A stretch of 64,000 nucleotides of DNA from the human T2T-CHM13v2.0 reference genome, Homo sapiens, in assembly GCF_009914755.1 (NCBI RefSeq), contig NC_060932.1, one strand, 5' to 3'. Each line of letters opens with the position of its first letter. Position 1 is the stretch's first letter. Made by a program: the position numbers and the translations under genes. Shown piece by piece: positions 1-12,511 of the stretch. Below the pieces are notes generated by a model. That model did no database searches, was not told where the DNA came from, and worked only from the letters and a program-made list of their open reading frames with translations.

Positions 1-455
1 TATATGAAATAAGTCAGGCACCCATGCACAGAAAGATAAACACTGCATGAACTCACTTATATGTGGAATCTAAACAAGTTAAACTCATAGAAACAGAGAG
101 TAGAATGGTGGTTGCCAGAGGAAGAGAAAGTAGCAGGAGGGGTCGGGGTAGGAGGGACACAGATATGGGGACATGTTGATCAAAGGTAACAACAAAGTTT
201 CACTTAGGAGGAATTAGTTCTGTAGGTCTATTGTACAGCATGGTAACTGTAGTTAAAACTAATATATTGTATGCTTGAAAACTGCTAAGAGAATAGATAT
301 TAAATGTTCTCACCATCCAAAAAAATGATAACTATGCGACGTGATAGGTTAATTCACTTAATCAGTTCACAATGTATATGTATATCAAAATAGCACAGTG
401 TACATCACAAATACATGTAATTTTTATTTGTCAATCAAACCTTAATAGAGCTGAC
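1..455 (+). mobile_element. L1M (L1MA/MB-type) 3' end
   Basis: Typical 3'UTR motifs: TCACTTATATGTGGAATCTAAA, GAGAGTAGAATGGTGGTTGCCAGAG, TTGAAAACTGCTAAGAGAATAGAT. Confidence 0.8.
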
Positions 456-604
456 CAAAAAAAAATGAGAAGATGGCTAGCCCATCATTGACCCTAAATT
501 AATGCAGAAGTTAATTTGAGCACTTGTGATTTTCAAATGGCTAAGGCCTTACCCACTATAATTAGCTTCTAATAAGAGTCTGTACTATCTTTGGAATCTT
601 TTAC

Positions 605-822
605 CTCTCAATGGACTTATGAATTCGCCTCCACTGAGGATAATGAGCTTCTTGTTCAAAGCCACCTCCTTTGGCTCTAGTTTGCTGAGCCACGTTCAGG
701 GATCGGGTGTCAATGATGTAGCCACGCTTTCCAGCCCTGAGGGTAGCATTTATCAGCTTCTCGTCCTCCTTGCACCTCCTCCCGTTTGTACCAGTGAGTG
801 GCTGACCACTTCGCATAATTAC
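605..822 (-). CDS. MTMR9: MTMR9 coding exon 5; gene continues beyond the window start
   Basis: Acceptor ttctag|GTA, donor AG|gtaa. Reads VIMRSGQPLTGTNGRRCKEDEKLINATLRAGKRGYIIDTRSLNVAQQTRAKGGGFEQEAHYPQWRRIHKSIE(R), with the myotubularin RS.QP and KGGG.E motifs. 218 nt. Confidence 0.96.
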
Positions 823-1997
823 CTAGAAGCATAATAAAGCTGAAAATTCAACAGCAGTTGCTTTTAAAGTTTCTGAAAACAGAAAGAAATTAGCTAGATT
901 AAGAGTATCTCAAAAACAATTGTGTGACACTCTGCAGATGGATTTGATCCATAAACAAAGAAATATTTGCATGTATTGACAATAGTTAATAACTATAAAA
1001 GATAAGCCTTAAGCTTTTACACAATTTCTCTGTCTCAAAATACTGTCACATAATAAATTATATCTCCTCTTTAAGATCAAATATTGCAATTCATTTAGTG
1101 TGTGAATCAAATACCTGTAGACCTGGACCTGTAATAAAGACAATAATGGCCTATGAGCCAGTAAACCTTGACTTCAACTAAACATACATAGAGTTGGCAG
1201 GTTTTAACAACAATTATAAGAAGTAAAGGCACCAGTGGCAAAATTTAAAAGTTCAAACACTGTTCTCATTGTTTGGGAAATCATTTTCACTACCTCAGAA
1301 GCTGACTGTCTATTATGTATTCTCCAGTGGCCTCTACCATCCTTTTCAGTATTCAAGGATTTAACTACTTGTTTCTAAAAACTACCCCACCAACTATACA
1401 TCTGGAAATGTTTGCTTTTGAAACTTTTCTCTAGAAATCAATGTCTATTATACTAATCTCTTCCCTGGCGAATGGTTTAGAGTTCTTTCAAGACGCCACC
1501 ATTACAAGGTAGTTATCTTAACTCCTTGTTTAATCCTGACTCCAGTGTTTACTAGAGTTGTGACTAAATGACATGAGCATCACTCTTTTCACCTTTGAAA
1601 ATAAATACGTCTGCTCCACCTTTCACGTGTAAAGTTGTTAAGAAAAATTCAAGTATTTTACCATTATTCTGAACAGAGAAATTTCTCATTTTTCTACCAG
1701 AAGAATGTTGCTGTAAGCATCAAATAAACACTAGTTTCCTTTGTATAGTGTCCTGGAGATAAAGCTATCAGGGCTTTTATACGGCTGAGCAGGATCATGG
1801 AAAGAATTCAGCATCACATCCTCACCACAGAAAACACCCTACTCCTGATTCCCTAAAGCTTACATGAAGGAAGCCCTTGTGGTGGAGACCTGGACAATCA
1901 TTTCAGTGAACAGACAGAGAGCAAAAGGGAACATTTCTACGAAAAGATCCCCAACCCAAGCCTTTCAGTACATCAAGCAGTAGTGCTGTGCACTTAC

Positions 1998-2171
1998 CAT
2001 CCCATTTTTTTTGTGGTAATAGCTTAGTACTGGGAAGCGCCCTCCATGTCGAAATGTAGCTACCTTCCGAAGAGCTTCATCATCGATGGATTTGGGCACT
2101 GTGACAATTGGTGGGTAAGAGGGACAGACAGCAAATTCCTTATTGACATAGCTTAGCCTCCATTCACTGGT
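1998..2171 (-). CDS. MTMR9: MTMR9 coding exon 4, start of the myotubularin phosphatase-like domain
   Basis: Acceptor tttcag|ACC, donor ATG|gtaagt. Reads TSEWRLSYVNKEFAVCPSYPPIVTVPKSIDDEALRKVATFRHGGRFPVLSYYHKKNGM, with the myotubularin WR..N...C.SYP and FR..GR.P.L motifs. 174 nt. Confidence 0.97.
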
Positions 2172-3178
2172 CTGAAAAACACAAAATACTTCAAAGCTAA
2201 GCAACTATCTCAATGTCGCAAAATAATCTGAGAAATTTTAAAAGACCTTAGAGGTCAACTTTCACTGATGAAGAAGCCATTTCTCAGGAATTTCACAGGT
2301 GGATCTCTAGCTTATATGTAAGTAGCTGCAGAGAAAAGGAGCTCTATGGTTCAGGGCCAGCTTCCTGCATTGCTAGGTATCACCAGTTCCCAGAAAGTGC
2401 TTTCTCACACTGAGCAAAACTTGTTGCTCTGTAGCTCCCTCTATTGGTTTTTACTGTACTTTCAGACAACACCGTACAAGTTCCCTATTTTACACGGTAT
2501 CCCATCAAATGTTTGAAAGACAGCTGATCCTCCTTAGTGTTCTATTCTCCAAGTTAAATATATTAAGCACATCCACAATTATCACGGCCAACATCATCCT
2601 ACTTCTTCCTTTTCTGGGTCCCATTTAGTTTGTTAATGATCCTCTTAAAGCACAAGTAAGACTGTACGACTCCAGATAATGCATCCCCAGAACAAATGAG
2701 AACACAGCTACTATCTATATCAAACCCTTTGTTTATTTTAAAAAAGGTAAAAAATGTACTAAGATTGGTAACACCTTTCTTAAAACAGTACCAACTCAAT
2801 ACTAAGGAAGGTTAAGCTTAGGAGTCAATGAAATAATTTCAAACTGAGTAAGGACTAGAAGTATACAATATAAAACTATCAAATGACAACTTATTTTAAA
2901 CATCAGAATTAAAAACAGCTTGAACACTGTCAAAAGGTTTTACAGTAAAAAAAAAAAATCAAATTATATGTAAATTTCAATATGTTCTGTATATCTGAGT
3001 TGGCCTAACCATGGGTTACAATAGCAGGAAGATAAAGCTAAAAAGTATGTTAGACGTACTAACAGACAAGATTATTACTTTTAAAAAATGCTTTTATAAG
3101 ATACAGTATCACATTTTTAATTAAATTTTTTCACTTTTCAAAGTTATTTATGTTACCAGTTTAAAAACATAGTTTCTA

Positions 3179-3470
3179 GGCTGGGCACAGTGGTTCACAC
3201 CTATCATCCCGGCACTTTGGGAGGCCAAGGCAGGCAAATTGCTTGAGTTCAGGAGTTCAAGACCAGCCAGGGCAACATGGCCAAACCCCATATCCACTAA
3301 AAATGCAAAAATTAGCCAGGCACAGTGGCACACACTTGTATTTCCAGCTACTTAGGATGCTGAGGTGAAAGAATCACGGGAGCCCAGGAAGTCGAGGCCA
3401 CAGTGAGCTGTGACAGCGCCACTGCACTCCAGCCTGGGCAACTGGAGTGAGATTGTTTCAAAAAATAATT
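3179..3470 (+). mobile_element. AluJ-like
   Basis: Diverged dimeric Alu with TSD AAAAACATAGTTTCTA / AAAAACACAGTTTCTA. Confidence 0.92.
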
Positions 3471-3544
3471 AATTAATTAATTTAAAAAAAACACAGTTTC
3501 TAAAGATTTATTATTTTTAAAAAAATGTAGTTATCTGTTCCTTG

Positions 3545-4500
3545 CTAGCCCATCCCAATTTGCTTTCCCCAAAGGCAATCATTTTCAACATTTTTAGCTT
3601 TTTCAGTGTTTACCTTTACATTTCTAAACAACATGATAATACTGTTATTTCTTGAACTTTCACTATGATATATTATTATTGATTTCCTACTCTGGAGAAT
3701 GACAGGGCTCTCCATTGATCTGCAATGCCGCTTCTGTTGGTCCAAATGTACTGTGCTCTCCATCCCGTCGCACTTGTCCACTTTAGTAACTCCTATAGCT
3801 TTTAAAATAAGTTTGGTATCTAGTAGGCCAAGTGTCCTCCTCTCACCTTTTTGTTCTTCAAAGAGTAACGTGGCTCCTCTTGGTCTTTTGGTCTTCCATG
3901 CAACTTTTATCAAATTCAATATAAAAACCAACTGGGGTTTTTATTAAGATTGTATTGACTTTATAAATCGGAGGGAATGACTTACATCTTTAGAATATTC
4001 AGTCTCTCTATCCATGAGTATATTGTCTTTTCCATTTGTTTAAGCTTTCAAAATTTTTTCCATAAATTTTTATAATTCTCTCAATAAAGGTCTTACTATC
4101 TTTTCTTAGATATATTCCTAGAAACCCAATAATCTTTGTTGCATTTTAACTGCATCTCTTCAAAATTGTGTTTGGTGTACAGAAATGCCTATGATCTCAA
4201 GATTCTTTCCTTTTCCTATGTAGACAAGCATATAATCAATAAATATTGACAATTTTGCTACCTTCATTTCAATCCCTATACCCTGTATTTTTCCTTCTTG
4301 TCTTATTGAGCTGACTAGAAGTAGTCACAATGGACATCCTTGCCTCATTCTTGAACTTAGAGAGAATGATACAAGATTTGCTTTTTTTATGTTTTTGGTT
4401 TTGGTACCCATCCTTTATCAGATTAAATAAATTTCCTTCAAATCCAACTCTAAGAGCTTTTATCATAAATAGATATTGATCAAACTTTTTTCCTCTGTTA
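3545..4500 (-). mobile_element. Old L1M fragments
   Basis: Antisense L1 ORF2-like AT-rich sequence. The ORFs at 3545-3931 and 4269-4466 read as decayed ORF2 (for example EGNLFNLIK). Confidence 0.6.
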
Positions 4501-4657
4501 ATCTAACACCATGCAGGTCATTTGTCTTTTAACTTTGTGGTATTTTCTTTGCTTTATTGTTCAGTAGCTGAACAACAACATGTCTAAAGATTTTTTTATT
4601 ATCTTGTATGGTATTTGCTGGGATACCTCAGCTTAAGGGTTCAATAACTTCTACTGA

Positions 4658-5110
<453 letters not shown>

Positions 5111-5389
5111 TAACCTCTCTGTTTTTCCATCTTCCTTCTCTGTTCCATATTCTGAGTAATTATTTCGGATCTATATTTCAAATCACTTATTTTCTCCTAA
5201 GCTGTTTCTAATCAGCTACTTAACATTTGCATTAGATTATTCTTTTATCTTCTTTTTAGTCAACTTTGAGACAAAACTTATAAAAAATAAACTGAATCCA
5301 TTTTGACTACACAATTTCATGAGTCTTGACAGTTGTATACACCTGTGTAACACCCAATACTAGGAAATCACTAACCTGCTTTCAGTCAC

Positions 5390-6740
5390 TTTTGGTGTCA
5401 TATCTAAAAAATCTCTGTCTAACTGAAGGTCATAAAGATTTTCTCCTGTGCTTTCTTAAAGAGGTTTGATAGTTTTAGTTCTCATGTTTAGTTGCATAAT
5501 ACATTTTAGTTAATTTTTGTGGATGATGTGAGGTAAGGGTCTAGGTTTATCTTTTTTACATATGGATATCCAACTGTTCCAATACTATTGGTTGAAAAAG
5601 CTATCCTTTCCCAATTGAATTGTATTGGTACTTTTGTCAAAAATCAACTGAGCATTAAGGGGAAGGTTTATTTCTGTACCCTGTATTCTGTTTCATTGGT
5701 CTGTATGTCTTCGCTTACAGCAATACCATACTCTCTTGATTACTGTGGCTTTACAGTAATCAAGTGTTTTCTCAAAGCTGTTTTGACTTTCCATATAAAC
5801 TTATATATTTAAATTTGCATTTCCATAAAATTTGTATCATTTTGTCCATTTCTACAAAAACACCTATTAGAATTTTAACAGGGATTGCACTGACTCTACA
5901 GATCAATTAAGGGAGAACTGCCACTTTAATGAGCCAAATCCAGCCTGCTACTTGTTTCTGCAAATAAAGTTTATTAGAACATAGCACCACCCATTCACTG
6001 ATGTCTCATCTGATTGCTTTTTTCATGCAACAACAGCAGAGTTCAGTAGTTACAACAGAGACCACATGACCTGCAAAGCTTAAAATATCTACTATCTAAT
6101 GGTCTTTCACAAAAGTCAGCCAACCACTAACCTGAACAATATTGTCTTCCAATTGATGTACACAGTATCTCTCCTTTTATTTAGATCTCTTGCAACTTCT
6201 TCCAACAATGTTTTATGTCTTTCAGTGTATAGACCTTGAATTTCTTTTGTTAAATTTATTCGTAAATATTTTATTCATTGTCAGATCGCTTGTTGCCAAT
6301 TCAATTCGTTTTTGTATACCGATCTTATATCAACCAACTTTGCTAAACTTACTTATTCTAGTTATTTTATTGCTTTCTGCTCTTATTTTTATTATTTTTT
6401 CTTTCTAGTTACTTTGCTTTTTTTTTCTAGCTTCTTAAATTGGTGCTTAGGTCAATAATTTTAGACTTTCCTTTCTAGTAAAAATTTTAAAGCTGTAAGT
6501 TTATCTCTAAACACTGCCTTAGCTGTCTGTATTCCACAAATTTCAATATGTTACATAACCATTATCACTCACTTCAAAATGTTTTCTAATTTCTTTGACA
6601 TGCAGATTATTTACAAGCGTTCTGTTTAATTTAGAAATACTTGGGGGTATTCCTAGATATCTTAGTATTACTGATTATTAATCTAATTCCTTTGTGATCA
6701 GAGATCATACTCTGCATGGCTTCAATCCTTTTAAATATAT
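5390..6740 (-). mobile_element. L1M ORF2/3' fragment, interrupted by MER58
   Basis: Antisense L1 motifs such as CATATGGATATCCAACTGTTCC, CTTTTGTCAAAAATCAACTG and GGGATTGCACTGACTCTACAGATCAA. Confidence 0.75.
5930..6130 (+). mobile_element. MER58A (hAT-Charlie) DNA transposon fossil
   Basis: GCCAAATCCAGCCTGC...AATAAAGTTTATTAGAACATAGC...GCAAAGCTTAAAATATCTACTATCT matches the recalled MER58A consensus. Confidence 0.8.
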
Positions 6741-6863
6741 TAAGATTAGGAATGGATAAGTCAACTTCACCTTATTACTCTTCAAAAGAAGTGATCATTT
6801 TCACAAGTCAAATAAGGTATTGGGTTACTTCTCATAATCCACAGTTCTCAAAAGTTAACTCAC

Positions 6864-6989
6864 AGCTGAAGAATAGAGTTCAAATTCTTGCTCAGGAAGG
6901 AAGGAATGCCAGCCATCTTCTATCACTTCAAACATAGGACGGTAAAAGAAAGGGTACATCAGAGTGATGGAGTCCAGAGTAGACAATGC
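6864..6989 (-). CDS. MTMR9: MTMR9 coding exon 3
   Basis: Polypyrimidine tract with cccag|GCA, donor GCT|gtgagt. Reads ALSTLDSITLMYPFFYRPMFEVIEDGWHSFLPEQEFELYSSA. 126 nt. Confidence 0.96.
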
Positions 6990-7449
6990 CTGGGGGCAAA
7001 AAGAAAAGAAAGACAAAAAAGAAACATCCACAACTGGAAACATATTCTAACTGACAAATTAGTATTAAGCAAACATGGTCTAATAATGATGGGCACCCAG
7101 AATGTTTCTCTAACATTGTGTTTATCACCAGATACAATTTTAGTCTTACTGAAGCTGATTTCTTTGCTTCTAGTATCTAACAAAGGCATCTGCCACATAA
7201 CACACACTCAAAAGTGTTGACGGGATGAAAAAAAGAACAAAAAAATGTGCATACCAATTCTAGAAGAAAAATGAAATAACACCTCGACATCAATTAATAA
7301 AGCTTAATAAAAAGGTCTAAGTATTTCTGGGGATCAGTTTTTGGCTAGTCAGTAAGGTCTTGGCTCAAAATCCAGTTATTACCTAAATAAACTTATGTAA
7401 ATTATTTGAAATCAGGGTGGGTTAGTAACTGTAAAAAAGGATGATACAG

Positions 7450-7670
7450 CCTAGAGGTCTACAGTCAGATGGGAATGAGAATGCCGGACTGAAATTCCAA
7501 ATCCTAGCAGTGCAGTAGGAAAGTCATGTAACCACTCTATGCCTCAGTTTCCTCAACTGTAAAATGGGGGAAATAACATACCTACTTCATAGTGTTGTTG
7601 AAGCATTAAGAGAGATAATGTGTGTAAAAGGCTTAGAACAGTGTCTGGCACATAATAAAATCTAAAGTAA
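7450..7670 (+). mobile_element. MIR
   Basis: MIR core TGCCTCAGTTTCCTCAACTGTAAAATGGGG...CTTAGAACAGTGTCTGGCACATA. Confidence 0.85.
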
Positions 7671-7679
7671 TTCCCACTT

Positions 7680-7966
7680 TTATTCTGAGACAGAGTTTTG
7701 CTCTTGTCACCCAGGCTAGAATGGCGCGATCTCGGCTCACTGCAGCCTCCGCCTCCCGGGTTCAAGTGATTCTCCTTCCTCAGCCTCCTGAGTAGCTGGG
7801 ATTACAGGTGCCTGCCACCACACCCAGCTAATTTTTTTGTATTTTTAGTAGAGATGGGGTTTCACCATGTTGGCCAGGCCAGACTTGAACTCCTGACCTC
7901 AGGTGATCTGCCTGCCTCAGCCTCTCAAAGTATTGGGATTACATGTGTGAGCCACCGCACCTGGCC
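7680..7966 (-). mobile_element. AluS
   Basis: Antisense dimeric Alu. Confidence 0.93.
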
Positions 7967-10259
7967 AATTTCAGCTATGACATGCTCTACATAGGTAGAA
8001 ATTCCATCAATGTTCATTTCCTCTCTTCCTAGACTGGTATATGCCATTTGGTCATGTATCATCATATTTTCATGCTGCAGGGATCCATTCTCAAATGGGG
8101 GCAATAACTCTATCAGCCCCAAATGGGCCTATATTTACCTGGAGCACTTGAATCCTGGAAAACAGACATAGGAAAACCTGAGTAGATGGGAGGAACAGAG
8201 AGAAGGAAAGTCTCTATCACTAGGCAGATTCATCCTTCTCACAGGGGGATTATGGAAAAAAGTATTTCTATACTGGATGGCGGGGGGGGGGTGCAGCGGG
8301 GAAAGGATACCATATCAATTAGCATAATTCAAACTGCAGGAATGATGGAGACATTCACCTGGACAGGAGGAGAAGGCCCAACAGCAATGCTCAGAATGCA
8401 CTTATCTCCCTCCAGGTCAGAGGAAGATCAGGCATGCAAAAGGATAGGCCCATGACTATTCAATAGTAGACCGGACATACAGCTCAGCAGTGTAGCAAAA
8501 ACATCTCCATCCAAAGTTATTTTTCTATCCATCTATAAATCATGAAACCTTCTCTCCTACCTCATAAAACAAAATATAGAGAAGCATGGCTGTATAATCC
8601 ATTATCCATATAAATATATATATATATATTTTTCCTACATCTATACTGTCTTTGGCTGCCAATCACACCAAACAGAAGCAGAACAGCCAGCGTCCATGTC
8701 TGACCTAACTCAGGGCTGCCGTCAATCAGAACCACCATTATTTTAAATGCAAGTCAGCAACCACTCTCACAGGCAATAAGCACTCATATTTCATCTTGAG
8801 ATCTTATGTCACTAGAAAGAGGTCTTTTCCTTTAAACACATTAATGCTGAGAGAACTGAAAACATTTCACTTCCAAAGGCAGGTGAAACACTGAAAAAAA
8901 GCTTCACTAACTTATTGCTACAATTTAGATAACTGAGCACTTGCCAGCTATTCTTCCAATGGGATTCTACGTGAGGCAGCAGAATATATTTGAGTATACG
9001 GACTCCTAATTACAAAGGACAGCTCAGCTATGCTATATGAAAAATTCAATTACTACTCACAAATCGTGTCCAGATGTATTCGGGGAAGGGTGGAGGGCTA
9101 GCAGGAGGGATTCTGTGCCAGGAAAAGGATAGAGGACAGGTTCACTATGTTAATCACTACGCTGTAAGAACATTTAACAGAGCATTCATTTTCTGAGGTC
9201 AAATGAGCTCATAATTTACGGCTTCTTTTCAGTCCTAAGGGCTTTTATATAATGAGTCAGTTTCTAAAGAGTTTTAAAATATATACAGCTACTTAAACAA
9301 CTGATCAGCGTCAGCAAGTGGGTAGCACACTTCCCCTTTTCCTTCACCACTGTGCCTCACCACAGGCAGCATCTCTGACACCAACCAGCCAGTCATCTTA
9401 CAGATCAATTCTCACAAAGGAATAAGAAAAACGAAGACTGGTCAGTGAAAATCCAATCTCCTAACTGAAAAAAAAAAAAACCACAAAACCCACAAACACA
9501 TACATGCTCAATGGAAGTGGGTAATGTTCCTCTGCCCAAATGCCCAAATAGTGGGACATTATTTCAATTTAACAGTCTATAAACTACATGCATTCTCATT
9601 CAATTTAACAAATTACATCAAATCAACATCATGCATTACTTCCAAATGACAGATGTGTAAGACAAACAGTTCAGTTCATCTTCTCATTTCCTTAAGTAAA
9701 ATTCAACAAAGGCAGGAAGAAATGTGTTATGTACCATTTACTTAGCACTATAACAGTTTTTCCTCTATTTCTCTATTCCTGTTTTAAAAATCACTAAAAT
9801 CCTACTTCTAGATTTTTAAGACTTTCTACCCATTTTTAATAGCTAAGCTGATAGCATTTTTTGGACACAAAGTCCAGATTAGTTACACATACACGGAAAG
9901 AAAAAATCAACGTTCCTATAGTAGTCTAGAAAGTACTATAAACCTAAGATTAACTGATATAATTTAGTGGCAATAGTTTAAAATAAGGCAATTTAAAATT
10001 TCAGTGTACATCAAAATAGTTGGTTAGAATGGAAAGAAAACAGTATGAGCTCTTCCATTTAAACTAACCAAGTAAAATTTCTATTATTTGTAATCTGAAC
10101 CAATATTCAATATTATTTATATAAATAAAAAGCAAACACACCCTGTCTTAAGCTAATTGATACGTGAAAATTCAGATTACTAAAAACAAACAAAAAACTA
10201 TAATCACTGGTGACAGTTACTTGCTTTAGAAAAGAAATAACTTTTTAAAAGTCTCACCA

Positions 10260-10620
10260 CATGCATCCATAACAATGGAATATTACTCAGCCTTAAAAAG
10301 TCAGAATTTACAACACAGATGAACTGTGAGGATATTATGCTAAGTGAAAAAAACCAGTCACAAAAAGACAAATACTATGTACTATGATTCTACTTATATG
10401 AGATACCTAAAGTAGTCAAATTCAGAGAAACAGAAAGTAGAATGGGGGTTCTCAGGAGCTGGAGAGAGGGGAAAATGGGGTGTTGTTTAACACAGAGTTT
10501 CGATCTTGCAAGATGAAAAAGTCCTGGAGATCTGCTGCACAACAATGTGAATAAAGTTTTATACCCTACTAAACTGTACACTTAAAAACGGTTAAGTGTT
10601 TTCTAACCACAATTTTTTTA
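10260..10620 (+). mobile_element. L1MB-type 3' end
   Basis: ATGGAATATTACTCAGCCTTAAAAAG...CCAGTCACAAAAAGACAAATACT...CAAATTCAGAGAAACAGAAAGTAGAATGG. Confidence 0.8.
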
Positions 10621-11709
10621 AAAAAGCATCACCATAAAATTATAGTAAGTAATGACAGAGGACCCTCAAATGGTAGCTGCTATTTACCAAGTATTATACT
10701 AACCATTCTACACACATCAACTAATAAAATTCTTACAACAGCCCTAAAAGATAGGTACTATTATCCTTGTTTTATAAAACGTAGAAAACAAATCAGAGAG
10801 ATGTTAAGTACTTTACCAATGGTCACAAGCTAGCATGTGGTAAAATCAAGAATCAAACTGTGCTATCGTTCAATAATGTACTAATACATGTAATAATGTG
10901 TATATATATATGTAATAATATGGTACAATAATATTCTAATTTATTAATATTTCTATTCAAATTTTTAGAACTGTATTTATTACAAAAGATATACTAGTAT
11001 ATTCAAGAAGAAACAATTCCACTTCTAGCTGCTAACCTGGTAGAGAAGTGAACAGTGCACTGGTTAACTCACTAGTGGTTTGCAGTGTCTCTAAGGAACT
11101 CTGTAGAGGGCAGATGGGAATAGTCAAGTCAATGAGGGCTTCTAGGTCCCCCCAGTCCCTACCTACTCACTGTAATGTGACTAAAAGCAATTCTAACTGT
11201 ATCTATTTTATTGGTTTACAATTCCATATAAGATTTTACTTGAACAAACCTCAAGTAAAGGAAAGAAAAAGAAGTTTACAGTCTTTGGCACAGAGCTTTG
11301 TATAGTGAACATAAAATATCAAGCAAAACTTTAAAATTTCTCCCAAGAACCTCTTTACTAAATCTTCTAATGGTTTCCCCAAATAAGAACTCATACACTC
11401 AAGTGAAACAGTATCTGTTATTTAACCAATATGAACTCATGGAAATTCCACAAAGCCATTGGAAATGGAATTCCAAGCAACTCATGGAATTGAGCTACTC
11501 ATATAACGTGAGTAACACCAGACACTGCTGGAAGTCAAGAAAGTTCCATTACACTCATATGACGATGAACCAGGGTGAGGCTTTTCCTATCAGTCTTCAG
11601 TATTTGAGTCAGAGAACATGACTAAATTATCTAATGAAGAAATGGAAGAGCTACACTGAGTCATAATATAAAATTATGTTTCATTAGATTTTGCTTCCAA
11701 AATACTTAC

Positions 11710-11818
11710 CTCAATGGAACTGGCTATATTCAAGCATTCCTCCATTCCAGGAATATCCAACTGAATAATTCGAAAATCTTTACATTTTATGATGATGGTA
11801 CCCAGTGATCCTACAAAT
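11710..11818 (-). CDS. MTMR9: MTMR9 coding exon 2
   Basis: Acceptor ttacag|A and donor GAG|gtaagt. Reads (R)FVGSLGTIIIKCKDFRIIQLDIPGMEECLNIASSIE. 109 nt, completing the phase-2 codon of exon 1 (cumulative 291). Too short for the ORF track. Confidence 0.96.
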
Positions 11819-12222
11819 CTGTAAGAAATTGCAAATCATGTTTAGGAACACATATATTACTAACTTTAAATATATTATTATTTCTTTGAAAAGAGAATAT
11901 AGTTGTAGTTACCATCTATATTAACTTTCTTCTCCTCAGTCTAATTAAGGAAGAAGCAAGGCTGCATCATTAAAATGTGAGCCATACATTACTTACAATA
12001 TATGTCTTTTTTAAATTTCAAATATATAAAGTAATTCACATTAAGCTAACTGTTCTGATGGAGATTATTTGGGGCCTTATTTCAAAGAATAGGAAAAAGA
12101 TCTGTAACTAATGTGTTAAGTGTTTGTAGAGAGATATTTCTGGAGCATAGGAAAACAGTTCACTTCAGATTTCCCTTACTTCCAAGTGATACATATTATG
12201 TATCAATTTATAAAAAGCAAAA

Positions 12223-12510
12223 GGGCCGGGTGCCGTGGCTCACGTCTGTAATCCCAGCACTTCAGGAAGCCAAGGCGGGTGGATCACGAGGTCAGGAGAT
12301 CAAGACCATCCTGGCTAACACAGTGAAATTCTGTCTCTGCTAAAAATACAAAAAATTAGCTGGGCGTGGTGGCATGCAGCTACTCAGGAGGCTCAGGCAA
12401 GAGAATCGCTTGAACCCGGGAGGCAGAGGTTGCAGTGAGCCGAGTCTGAGCCACTGCACTCCAGCCTAGGTGACAGAGTTGAGACTCTGTCTCAAAAAAA
12501 AAAAAAAAAA
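12223..12510 (+). mobile_element. AluSc/Y-like, with a small deletion in the right arm
   Basis: Diagnostic GGATCACGAGGTCAGGAGATCAAGACCATCCTGGCTAACAC, with a poly(A) tail. Confidence 0.92.
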
Positions 12511-12511
12511 A

